Source: an uncultured virus (IMG/VR IMGVR_UViG_3300044591_001667) (Duplodnaviria; Heunggongvirae; Uroviricota; Caudoviricetes). From it: a stretch of DNA of 64,000 nucleotides. The first letter of the stretch is position 1. Every line of letters starts with the position of its first letter. The notes beneath the pieces are model-generated. The model was not told the DNA's origin. It searched no databases and saw only the letters and a list, made by a program, of their open reading frames with translations. The translations under genes were made by a program, and so were the position numbers. Shown one piece after another: positions 1 through 14,365 of the stretch. The stretch lies in the IMG/VR virus record IMGVR_UViG_3300044591_001667. The stretch is one strand, 5' to 3'.

Positions 1-127
1 GCCTGAACCAGAACCTGAAACACCTGTGGAACCAGAACCTGAACCAGAGACTCCTGTTGAGCCTGAACCAGAACCTGAAACACCTGTGGAACCAGAACCT
101 GAACCAGAGACTCCTGTTGAGCCTGAA
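1..127 (+). repeat. Tandem 60-bp repeat (two related 30-bp subunits) encoding PEPEPETPVE
   Basis: nt 1-60 and 61-120 are identical; a partial third copy follows. Confidence 0.95.
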
Positions 128-676
128 ACAGAACCAACTCCAGAAACAATTATAGAAGATGCTTTGTCTGATGGTGTTTTGACACAAGAAGAAAAAGCAG
201 TAGTTGTTGAAGCGATTTTGGAGAATCTAGCTCCAGGTGAAGCTGTAACTTCAGAACAACTTCAAGAAGCTGGCGTTACCTACGAAGACCTTCCACCAGA
301 AACTCCTGTTGAAACTAGAACTGACGAGGATGGAAATCCAGTTATCATAACAGCCGAGGTTGCTGCTGCTTTAGTTTTGTTGGAGAACCCTGCTGAACTC
401 TTGGGCGAAATTTTTTCTGACCCAGGACAAGTGCTTCTAGCTCTTGGAAGTATTGGTGCAGATATGTCAGAAGAAGAACGTGAAGAAGCAGAGAAGATGG
501 TTGTAGCAACTGTTGTTGCTGCTGGCGCTGCAATTCAAGCAGCAGCTGGTGCAGCAGGTGCCGCTGGGTCATCTTCTGGTGGAAGTGGCGGCGGCAGTGG
601 CGGCGGTGGGGCAAGCGGAAAAATGGATGGAACTCGCAGAAGAACTACTAGTGGAAGAGTTAGGAAGGTGAAATAA
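1..676 (+). CDS. 5'-truncated Pro/Glu-repeat membrane-anchored protein
   Basis: Frame is open from nt 2. It reads (PEPEPETPVE)n, an acidic domain, hydrophobic MVVATVVAAGAAIQAAAG, a Gly/Ser linker and a basic tail RRRTTSGRVRKVK. Confidence 0.75.
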   Translation, partial: PEPEPETPVEPEPEPETPVEPEPEPETPVEPEPEPETPVEPETEPTPETIIEDALSDGVLTQEEKAVVVEAILENLAPGEAVTSEQLQEAGVTYEDLPPETPVETRTDEDGNPVIITAEVAAALVLLENPAELLGEIFSDPGQVLLALGSIGADMSEEEREEAEKMVVATVVAAGAAIQAAAGAAGAAGSSSGGSGGGSGGGGASGKMDGTRRRTTSGRVRKVK

Positions 677-856
677 ATGAAAAACTTCTTGAGAGATGTG
701 CTAGACCAGCTTTGGACATTGCTAGGCATGTTTGTTGCTTGGATTGTTTTAGACGGTTCAGCTAAGACTATAGTCGGCTATGCCATTATCTGGGCTACAG
801 CCGTATGGGTTATTACATACGGATTAAGAAATCCTAAAGAAGAAGACGAGGAGTAA
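677..856 (+). CDS. 59-aa two-TM small membrane protein (not in ORF track)
   Basis: ATG directly follows the upstream TAA, with AGGAAGG upstream. Translation: MKNFLRDVLDQLWTLLGMFVAWIVLDGSAKTIVGYAIIWATAVWVITYGLRNPKEEDEE. Confidence 0.8.
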   Translation: MKNFLRDVLDQLWTLLGMFVAWIVLDGSAKTIVGYAIIWATAVWVITYGLRNPKEEDEE

Positions 857-900
857 AAGTCAGGAAGGCTGATTCCTGACTACTCCTTGATTTATTCTTG
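850..900 (+). terminator. Stem-loop, probable intrinsic terminator
   Basis: AGTCAGGAA (858-866) pairs with TTCCTGACT (873-881), extendable by GGAGTA/TACTCC, and is followed by T-rich TTGATTTATTCTT. Confidence 0.55.
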
Positions 901-915
901 TCTTTATGATAGATT
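887..915 (+). promoter_or_regulatory. Sigma70/SigA-like promoter for the HTH-terL genes
   Basis: TTGATT (887-892), 17-nt spacer, TAGATT (910-915), with extended -10 TG at 907-908. Confidence 0.5.
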
Positions 916-960
916 TCTGAAGGACGCGTTGGATACAATGACACAGATGGAGATATAAAG

Positions 961-1419
961 ATGAGTAATGAGCTTGTAGAGCAGTATGCCCAGCTTATTC
1001 AGCCGCACCTTGAAGATGCAAAAAAGGCTTATGGCGCAAGAAACCAAAATAGTCCAGCACACAACGCTAGCCGCGAGTACACAAGATTGTTAATTGAATT
1101 TCGCAGTAAGGGCGGAAGTCTCCCACTTCTTGCAAAGCGGCTAAAAGTTGCTTATGCAGGAGTCAGACGCCGTGTCGTTATGAATGAAATTAATGTATCT
1201 AACGTAAAGCCTCGAACTAAGATTCGAGGAGAAGCAGTTAAAGCATCTGCTGAAAGAGTTAGAAGTGCAAAAGAACAAGGTACTGACCAATATCACGACC
1301 AGCTTGCTGAAGAATATAAGTCAGGTATTTCTCTGTCTAATTTGGCTAAGGAGTTAGGTCTTAGTTCTGCTGCACCACTGTACTATGGAGTCCAGAGAAG
1401 TTTGCAACGTAACAGATAG
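961..1419 (+). CDS. Tandem-HTH DNA-binding protein; candidate terminase small subunit
   Basis: Two similar HTH-like segments (GGSLPLLAKRLKVAYAGVRRRV; GISLSNLAKELGLSSAAPLYYGV), GGAG RBS, directly upstream of terL. Confidence 0.55.
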   Translation: MSNELVEQYAQLIQPHLEDAKKAYGARNQNSPAHNASREYTRLLIEFRSKGGSLPLLAKRLKVAYAGVRRRVVMNEINVSNVKPRTKIRGEAVKASAERVRSAKEQGTDQYHDQLAEEYKSGISLSNLAKELGLSSAAPLYYGVQRSLQRNR

Positions 1420-1427
1420 GTATTGAT

Positions 1428-2849
1428 ATGGGAAAGAGCTTTATGGAACAGCTCGCCCTTCTGCCTAAAGAAGAGCAAGCAATAGTTCTTTCTAATATTG
1501 ATCCAGAAGTTTTACAGTGGGATTGGCGTTCTTGGGGAAGACCAGAACAATTGCCACCAGAAGGTGATGATTGGAATATCTGGCTTGTACTTGCAGGTCG
1601 TGGTTTTGGTAAAACAAGACTTGCGTCCGAATGGGTAAGAGAGCAAGCTAAATACACCACTGAAGGTCAAAGACGTTTTGCTTTGGTGGCTCGTACTGCC
1701 GCTGACGTTCGTGACGTTATTGTTGAAGGTGAGTCTGGGATTATTAATGTTTCCCCACCATCTGAGCGTCCGCATTATGAGCCATCAAAACGTCGTCTAA
1801 CTTGGCCCAACGGAAACACAGCAACTTTATTTACAGCAGACGAACCTGACTCTCTTCGTGGTCCTCAGTTCACTCACGCTTGGGGTGATGAGATTGCAGC
1901 TTGGCGTCAGACTCCAGATGCTGCAGGTATGACCGCATTCGATAACTTACGAGTTGGTACTCGTCTTGGTGCAAAACCAAAAATTCTTGTGACCACTACT
2001 CCAAAGCGAGTCCCTCTTCTTTACAAATTAATTGAAGAATCAGCTAATTCAAAGAGTATGTCAAAAGTAATTGTTACTAGAGGTTCTACTATGGATAACG
2101 CTGGAAACTTGTCTGGCGCATATCTTGACACAATCATGGGTGTTTACGAAGGAACAAGTCTTGCTCGTCAAGAGCTTTACGGAGAAATGCTCAGTGATGT
2201 TGAAGGAACTCTGTGGACAATGGAGATGATTGAAGCTTCAAGACAAGGGCTTCTTCCACCGCAAGCGCCGCTTCGTTGTATCGGAGTTGACCCTTCTGTT
2301 GCAGAAAATCCTCGAGATGAGTGCGGAATTGTTGTTTGCGCATCTACATCTGACAGAGATTTATATAAACGTCATGCTTGGGTATTAGAAGATGCATCAG
2401 TTCTAGGTTCACCTGAAGTTTGGGCAAACAAAGTTGTTGAAATGGCTAGACGTTGGGGAGCACCAGTAATTGCTGAAGTAAACCAAGGTGGAGCTTTAGT
2501 TCGTAATGCAATTAATGCAATTGATCCAAATGTTAAGGTTTTGGAAGTGCACTCAAAACACGGTAAAGCACTTCGCGCTGAGCCTGTCGTTCTTGCGTAC
2601 GAGCAGAATCGTGTTCATCATATTGGATATCTTCCAGATCTTGAGTCCCAGATGACAACTTGGGTTCCAGGAGAGACCAAAAAATCTCCAGACCGAGTGG
2701 ATGCTTTGGTTCACGCAATGACGGCTCTCCTAATCAAACCTCCGCAAGGGTTTGTTGGTGGAAACTTGGTAGCCAAGTCCTTTTCCTCACGACGACTACC
2801 TAATTTTAGAACAGGTGGCGGAGGTCGAGTTTTTACTCCTAGAAGTTAA
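1428..2849 (+). CDS. terL: Terminase large subunit (Terminase_6 / GTA-like type)
   Basis: RPEQLPP adenine motif, Walker A AGRGFGKT, LRGPQF, Walker B AWGDE, TTTP, nuclease motifs GVDP, EVNQGG and SPDRVDA. Confidence 0.95.
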   Translation: MGKSFMEQLALLPKEEQAIVLSNIDPEVLQWDWRSWGRPEQLPPEGDDWNIWLVLAGRGFGKTRLASEWVREQAKYTTEGQRRFALVARTAADVRDVIVEGESGIINVSPPSERPHYEPSKRRLTWPNGNTATLFTADEPDSLRGPQFTHAWGDEIAAWRQTPDAAGMTAFDNLRVGTRLGAKPKILVTTTPKRVPLLYKLIEESANSKSMSKVIVTRGSTMDNAGNLSGAYLDTIMGVYEGTSLARQELYGEMLSDVEGTLWTMEMIEASRQGLLPPQAPLRCIGVDPSVAENPRDECGIVVCASTSDRDLYKRHAWVLEDASVLGSPEVWANKVVEMARRWGAPVIAEVNQGGALVRNAINAIDPNVKVLEVHSKHGKALRAEPVVLAYEQNRVHHIGYLPDLESQMTTWVPGETKKSPDRVDALVHAMTALLIKPPQGFVGGNLVAKSFSSRRLPNFRTGGGGRVFTPRS

Positions 2850-5446
2850 AAACTCCTATTAAAAGCGTTTAGGTTAGACCAGTCGATTTCAGCACTTTGA
2901 ACTGCACGTGGAATAAGGCTTCTTCCTTTAATAACAGCCCGAGCTCCAGTACCCTCAACTGATACACCACGTTCTGTAAGTTTCTTTTGTAAAGAGCCTT
3001 GACTTAGAGGACGTTCTCCACGTTCTTCACTCCATTGACGATAGACACCATAAACAATCTTCAACCCAACACTTGATGAAGGATTTTCATTAGTTTCTTC
3101 TGACAAGAAGATTCCAATTCTGTCTTCGTTTCTTCTATACATCTCTGCAGCTTCAGAAACTTGTGAACACCAACCCAATGCATCACGAGACGATGAACCT
3201 AGAATTTTTATTGCACCTTCAACAGCCCATGACAAAACTGCTGGGAGTGCTCCTTCTGGGTCAAATATGTATGCCTTCAGACTTGGGTCTGGATTTTCTG
3301 GCACACGGGTCATTGGCATCGGACGGATACGACGCCACATAGCATCATCCGTGATGATTGGGCGGTGATTTGTCGTAACCCAAAGTTTTGCTTTGGATTC
3401 GAACGAGAATGGCTGTTCTCCAGGAGAACGAGCTGAGATTACGGAAGAACCTGTCAAACGTTTTACAGAATTTTCTTTGATTCGTTCATTGTCTGGCAAC
3501 TCATCTACCCAAACCAAACGACGACCACGCAATTGGGCCCAGTGGTATTGGTCTGTATTTCCTGTGTTCATGTCAGAAGCAGCAAGAATATTTGAATCAA
3601 GAGGCCAAGCATATTGTTCTGTACCTAAACATTTAACAATTGCTTCAACAAGAGTGTTTTTACCTGAACCAGCTGGTCCATAAACCAAAAACATAATGTC
3701 ATAATTTTTTAGACCAGTAATTGAATACCCTGCAGCTTTTTGAAGCCAGTTTTGATATTCCCTATCTCCACCAGTAGCAAAATCTAAAAACTCTTGCCAA
3801 CGAACATTTGTGTGTCCTCGAGTGTATGTAACAGGTGCACGTCGTGTGATGTGTAGGTCTGGACGTCCTTTTAAAAGTTCTCCAGTTCGCAAATCAATAA
3901 CACCATTTAAAACACCTATAAGAGTGTCGTCTTGATCCCATTTTTGAACAGGAATCTCAATTCGAGGATCTGACTTTGCACTTTCAATAGCACTCTTCAT
4001 TCGAGCATTAGAACGAGATTGGTGTGCCCATTGAATTACAGAAGCTTGCTGTGAATCTGGGTAGTGAATCACTTCAGCAGAAATAATTGGGGGAATTCTT
4101 TTTGTTAGTTCATGAACTTCTAAAGATTCCTTGTCTGGCTTCCAATATCCTTCTTTCCAAATAAACCAACCCAAACCGCTCGTATAGCGAATACCAGTGC
4201 CGAATACGTCAACAAGGCGGCGACCGTTGCCAGTGTCAGAAAGCGAACGTTTGCTTTCATTTCCTCCGTCTTCGATTCGTAGAGCATCTGGGTCCTTAGG
4301 TACATTGATGTTAGTTAGAGATGTGGCCTCTTCGATGGAGTCTCCATCTTCAATGCCAGCCATAACTGTACTTGATATAGGACCAGTGCCCATTGGAAAC
4401 ATTGTTGGTTGTTTAACAGGTTGGACGACTCCAGTTAAAGGCTTGAGTTCATTTTGTTGCTTAGATAAGCGGTCTGCTTGCTCTTTTTGCCATGTAGCTG
4501 TTTCTGGCGAAATGAATCCAAGTTTTGGATTTGAGGCGACAAAATCAATTGCTCTATGTACGTGGTGTAGAAGACCATTAGTTCCGTCTATGTGTAGAGG
4601 TGGTCTAATTTTTGTTGCATTAAATCGAATCATGTCCGACTCAATCATTCGTCGGGCATCTTTACCAGTTCCAAACTTATTTGCAAGAGCGCAAGCTAGT
4701 TTGTAAACATCTACAGCACGAGCACCTTCGTCAATACCTTTTTCAAGAATTCCAGAAATGTCTACTTTTTCATACTCTAGATCGTCCCAATCGCCAGACT
4801 CTAAAGTGAAATTAGTTCTCTTTGTTCTTTTCCGAAGCGCAGCAAGTAGCTCTTCTGGAGCTTCTGCCATTTCAATTTCCCATGGAGCTTTTCCAGCAAC
4901 CCATTCGTAACTAACTCCAGAGAAGTGCTTACTTGGATTAATAAGAACATAGCCGTTGTGCTTAATATCAATTCCACTAAGACCCATCTTAGAAAGATTT
5001 CCGATAAGTCCTTCTGAATCATCGCAACGATAAAAAATGTGACGCCCACGAGTAGCAACACCACGATCATTGGTGTACACACCAGTCAAAGCTTCAACTG
5101 TTGGCGGAAGTGCTCCTTCAACTAATTCTTCAAATTTAATAAATGAATCTGGACCACCAGAACGAGGGTCAATATCAATTACAAAAAATCCAGATTTTTG
5201 ACAGTGAACACCAATGTTGTAGTTAGGGTTATCTGTCCACCACTTGTCTACTGTTTCGGCATTACTTGTGGACAAAACATTCCACTCATTTAATGCTGGA
5301 TGCTTACCAACTTCTTTTGGTTCACCGTGGGGTTTACTACATGTACAACGACCATCAATAATTCCGTGGCAGGGATGAATATTCCAACCAATACTCGCAT
5401 AGAACCTTGCACCTTTGGAAAGGCGCTCAGCGGAGTCGTCGCTCAT
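2846..5446 (-). CDS. Bifunctional primase-polymerase fused to a D5/P4-type SF3 helicase
   Basis: N-terminal Prim-Pol motifs (GKHP, NIGV, VIDIDPR, GRHIFYR, GIDIK, PSKH), D5_N-like DTGNGRRL and NGVIDLRTG, Walker A GPAGSGKNT, TNHRP and AMWRR. Confidence 0.93.
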   Translation of the reverse strand: MSDDSAERLSKGARFYASIGWNIHPCHGIIDGRCTCSKPHGEPKEVGKHPALNEWNVLSTSNAETVDKWWTDNPNYNIGVHCQKSGFFVIDIDPRSGGPDSFIKFEELVEGALPPTVEALTGVYTNDRGVATRGRHIFYRCDDSEGLIGNLSKMGLSGIDIKHNGYVLINPSKHFSGVSYEWVAGKAPWEIEMAEAPEELLAALRKRTKRTNFTLESGDWDDLEYEKVDISGILEKGIDEGARAVDVYKLACALANKFGTGKDARRMIESDMIRFNATKIRPPLHIDGTNGLLHHVHRAIDFVASNPKLGFISPETATWQKEQADRLSKQQNELKPLTGVVQPVKQPTMFPMGTGPISSTVMAGIEDGDSIEEATSLTNINVPKDPDALRIEDGGNESKRSLSDTGNGRRLVDVFGTGIRYTSGLGWFIWKEGYWKPDKESLEVHELTKRIPPIISAEVIHYPDSQQASVIQWAHQSRSNARMKSAIESAKSDPRIEIPVQKWDQDDTLIGVLNGVIDLRTGELLKGRPDLHITRRAPVTYTRGHTNVRWQEFLDFATGGDREYQNWLQKAAGYSITGLKNYDIMFLVYGPAGSGKNTLVEAIVKCLGTEQYAWPLDSNILAASDMNTGNTDQYHWAQLRGRRLVWVDELPDNERIKENSVKRLTGSSVISARSPGEQPFSFESKAKLWVTTNHRPIITDDAMWRRIRPMPMTRVPENPDPSLKAYIFDPEGALPAVLSWAVEGAIKILGSSSRDALGWCSQVSEAAEMYRRNEDRIGIFLSEETNENPSSSVGLKIVYGVYRQWSEERGERPLSQGSLQKKLTERGVSVEGTGARAVIKGRSLIPRAVQSAEIDWSNLNAFNRSF

Positions 5447-5470
5447 AAAACCTCCGTCGTCATGAAACCC

Positions 5471-5500
5471 AAGTTATCCCAACTCTACAATAAGAGTCAA
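5471..5500 (-). promoter_or_regulatory. Promoter for the primase-helicase
   Basis: Minus strand reads TTGACT, 18-nt spacer, TAACTT, then a GGAGG RBS before the ATG at 5446. Confidence 0.45.
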
Positions 5501-5626
5501 GAGGAAATCCTATTTTTATCCAGCGTGTAGCAAAAAACAAATCCGCTTAAGGCTAGGCAAAACTAACCAACTAAGTTTTACTATAAACTATGTCTATAGT
5601 TCCCTATTTCGGAAGTCGGTACCCAA

Positions 5627-6025
5627 ATGTCCATACCCTTCGCCAGCGAATGGTGGGAACCAGGTACCCCAAATTTCTTAGACATCGGCGATGTCTCAGC
5701 AATTCTAGTCTTTTTGATTACCCTTACAGGCGCTTTCTTTGCGGTAACTAGGTTTTGGTTAAAGCTACTCCGTCGAATCATTCGCGAAGAGATAGAAGTG
5801 GCTACGCAGCCAATCCATCCTTCCGCAAATGGAGGGCTCAGTCTAGCAGATGTGGCACGAAAAGCCAATAAGCTAGAAGAGCAGCTCACCGAGATGCATA
5901 AAGATAACTTAGAAACCAAGGACTTGTTGATAAAAGTCCTAGCTCAGTCAGTAGTAATTCCAGACACTGTGCCAATGGCTGAACCACCTGTGAAGCGAAA
6001 GAGCCGTAAGTCTAGCTCTTCTTAG
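5627..6025 (+). CDS. Single-TM membrane protein with coiled coil (DUF2746-like, often lysis-associated in actinophages)
   Basis: TM segment SAILVFLITLTGAFFAV, an NGGLSLAD motif (NGGSSLxD-like) and a heptad-rich helix. Confidence 0.55.
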   Translation: MSIPFASEWWEPGTPNFLDIGDVSAILVFLITLTGAFFAVTRFWLKLLRRIIREEIEVATQPIHPSANGGLSLADVARKANKLEEQLTEMHKDNLETKDLLIKVLAQSVVIPDTVPMAEPPVKRKSRKSSSS

Positions 6026-6092
6026 AAACACTTTTTTGGCGATATTTATGACACGCCGAAAGTACATAATTATTTCATTTTTATATCTTGAC

Positions 6093-6101
6093 TGCTATCC
6101 T
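6093..6101 (+). promoter_or_regulatory. Extended -10 promoter element
   Basis: TG-C-TATCCT in an AT-rich gap upstream of the GGAGG RBS of the 6164 gene. Confidence 0.35.
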
Positions 6102-6163
6102 GATGCGTAGAGTAACTGTAAGGTTTACGGTAACTCTATAGACAATAAAACTGGAGGATTAGC

Positions 6164-6439
6164 ATGAGTTTAGCTGAGAAATTAAAGAGTGCGACTCGTA
6201 GCCAACCAGGCCTCCCTTGCGGTGTTGGCAAGCTTTTAACACAGCTGCAAGGCGAAGATAAAGAAGCCTTGGAAATTATATTTTCTACTCGTTCCGTATC
6301 TGGAACAGTCTCAAATAGACAAGTACACAAAATCCTTCTTGAGGAAGGATATGAAATTGCATTTGCTTCTATCACACTTCATCGACGTAAACAGTGTCGC
6401 TGTTACACCAGTCGAGACTTGGCACATAAGGAGAACTAA
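6164..6439 (+). CDS. Small putative Zn-binding/HTH-like protein
   Basis: GGAGG RBS; PC...HRRKQCRC Cys/His pattern; stop overlaps the next start (TAATG). Confidence 0.65.
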   Translation: MSLAEKLKSATRSQPGLPCGVGKLLTQLQGEDKEALEIIFSTRSVSGTVSNRQVHKILLEEGYEIAFASITLHRRKQCRCYTSRDLAHKEN

Positions 6440-7656
6440 TGTCGTCTTTAACCGACAAGCTGACCGAGCTAATTTCTCCTGGCCCCAGCGGTTCGGATAT
6501 AAGAGCGACTAATACCCCTGAGTCTTGGAGACCTCGCCTCGAGATAGACCCAGAAAAGGGTGAAGGTTATTTTGTCTCCACTCCTAGACCAGCAGGAAAT
6601 AGTCCTGATGGCACTGAATTATTAAAAGAATTTGATTTAAGTCCAGATGATTGGACAATCACGGCAATAAGAAAATCTAGATGGCAAAATCATAAAGGTG
6701 ACTGGCTTGAAGCTTTTCGAGCAAGTTTAGTTCCTACAGTTGCACATCGTAATTCAGAACTTGATTTTGATTTAGAAAAATTATTACAAGAAGTTTCAAA
6801 ATGGCGACCTTCAAAAGTCTCTCAAAAAATTACAGGAGATTTGTCATACATATTTGCTCCAAGCGACCAACAAATTGGTAAAAAGCAGGGGGACATAGGG
6901 ACGGATTCAACAGTCTCAAGACTTTTAACTTTGACGGAGATGGGAGTTCATAGACTCCACGAACTCAGAAAAATTGGTAGGTCAATTGGAACCGTTGTGA
7001 TCCCACTTCCAGGCGACCATGTTGAGGGAAATGTAAGCCAGAATGGAAAGCTTCAAGGACTTGCAGCCTCTGATTTAGGGCTTACAGAACAAACTAGAGT
7101 TGCTAGACGTCTTCTTTTAGCTCAAATTAAAGCTTTTGCTCCATTTGCAGAACGCATTGTTGTGCCAGTAGTCAATGGTAATCACGACGAGGTAACTCGT
7201 CAGGTTTCTGCTGACCCGTCAGATGGATGGAATGTTGAAATTGCTAGTGCTGTACAAGACGCTTGCGCAGAGAATGAAAACTTATCTCATGTGGAATTTA
7301 GATTCCCTGAAAAACAACATCAGACTTTGGCAGTCAATGTTTCTGGTGTGATGCTTGGACTTTTCCATGGGCACCAGACAGGAAGAGATGTGGTCAAGTA
7401 TTTGTCTGAGCAAAGCGCTGGTCAAACACCTTTAGGCGCTTGTGATGTGTGGATTTCTGGGCATTATCACTCATTTAAGAGTATGGATATAGGTAACCGT
7501 CTATGGCTTCAAGCCCCAACAACTGACCCCGGAAGTGCGTGGTTTAGGGACCGTCATGGTCTTGAGTCGCCTCCAGGAGTTCTAACTTTGGTAGTTGGCG
7601 ATGGTTACAACCCAAGAAGGGATATAAGCGTTTTATCAGTGTCTAGGTCTGCATAA
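6439..7656 (+). CDS. Calcineurin-like metallophosphoesterase
   Basis: Motifs SDQQIG, GDHVEG, GNHDE, HGH and GHYH. Confidence 0.9.
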   Translation: MSSLTDKLTELISPGPSGSDIRATNTPESWRPRLEIDPEKGEGYFVSTPRPAGNSPDGTELLKEFDLSPDDWTITAIRKSRWQNHKGDWLEAFRASLVPTVAHRNSELDFDLEKLLQEVSKWRPSKVSQKITGDLSYIFAPSDQQIGKKQGDIGTDSTVSRLLTLTEMGVHRLHELRKIGRSIGTVVIPLPGDHVEGNVSQNGKLQGLAASDLGLTEQTRVARRLLLAQIKAFAPFAERIVVPVVNGNHDEVTRQVSADPSDGWNVEIASAVQDACAENENLSHVEFRFPEKQHQTLAVNVSGVMLGLFHGHQTGRDVVKYLSEQSAGQTPLGACDVWISGHYHSFKSMDIGNRLWLQAPTTDPGSAWFRDRHGLESPPGVLTLVVGDGYNPRRDISVLSVSRSA

Positions 7657-7704
7657 TTTCAGACATAGCCATGTCTATAAGAGCGTACAATAGAGAACAG
7701 TCTA

Positions 7705-7730
7705 GGAGTCTGCTTGCCTGTGCAGATTCC
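7705..7730 (+). promoter_or_regulatory. 5'-UTR hairpin ahead of the collagen block
   Basis: GGAGTCTGC pairs with GCAGATTCC (one G-U) just downstream of a TACAAT -10-like box. Confidence 0.35.
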
Positions 7731-7762
7731 GTCGCTTGCTATCGAGACCTGGAGCACCGCTA

Positions 7763-13624
<5,862 letters not shown>

Positions 13625-13649
13625 GAACTAGGAATAGAGAGGAGATAAC

Positions 13650-14351
13650 ATGCCAGCGATTGATTTTCCAAATAACCCGACGCTAAATCAGGTCTACACA
13701 AATGGAGTTAATACCTATTTCTGGGATGGTACTGCTTGGCGACTAGTTCGTACTAGTGCTCAGGGTCCGACTGGCCCTACAGGTCCAGCTGGTGCAGACT
13801 CGACAGCTATTGGAGCAACTGGTCCTACAGGTCCAGCAGGATTGGAAGGTCCAACAGGTCCAACTGGTGCTCCTTCTCTGATTCCTGGTGCTACTGGCCC
13901 AACTGGTGCTACAGGATCTTTTGCAATCACTCCTTGGACTCTATACACACCTGTCTGGTATGGCAGTACAACTAATCCTCAAATTGGAAATGGAAGTATT
14001 GTAGGAAGATATACAAACGTAGGTGCAACTATTTTTGGTGAGATAAGAATTCAAGCTGGTACATCTGGATTTAACAGAGGTAGTGGTACTTATTCTTTAA
14101 GTCTTCCATCCGCTGGAATTGTTGCAAACTATCAACCAGTAGGACAAGTTGTTATGCGTGACGAAGGTCCAGGAATTAACTATTTTGGTACAGCAATTTT
14201 CAACAACAACTTTACAAACCGCGTAGAACTATTTATGCATTCTCAGTCCGCAACATTTGATGAAGGTGTGGCAGTTACAGAAAGCACTCCGTTTTTGTTT
14301 TCTGGAAATGACAAAATTTTTATTCAATTTACATACGAGTCACAGCTATAG
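13650..14351 (+). CDS. Short collagen-like fibre with C-terminal head domain
   Basis: MPAIDFP N-motif, GPT triplets, and a C-terminal domain similar to the C-terminus of the 7763 protein. Confidence 0.85.
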   Translation: MPAIDFPNNPTLNQVYTNGVNTYFWDGTAWRLVRTSAQGPTGPTGPAGADSTAIGATGPTGPAGLEGPTGPTGAPSLIPGATGPTGATGSFAITPWTLYTPVWYGSTTNPQIGNGSIVGRYTNVGATIFGEIRIQAGTSGFNRGSGTYSLSLPSAGIVANYQPVGQVVMRDEGPGINYFGTAIFNNNFTNRVELFMHSQSATFDEGVAVTESTPFLFSGNDKIFIQFTYESQL

Positions 14352-14365
14352 GGAGGAGATGAAAA

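Noticed and set aside
1..127. Regular 30/60-bp repeats as a CRISPR array
   Set aside because: There are no unique spacers; it is an in-frame coding tandem repeat.
1428..2849. Gene transfer agent
   Set aside because: TerL is GTA-like, but the window has its own replication genes and no GTA gene order.
677..6025. Calling the small membrane proteins a lysis cassette
   Set aside because: No endolysin was recognised in the window, so a holin role cannot be supported.
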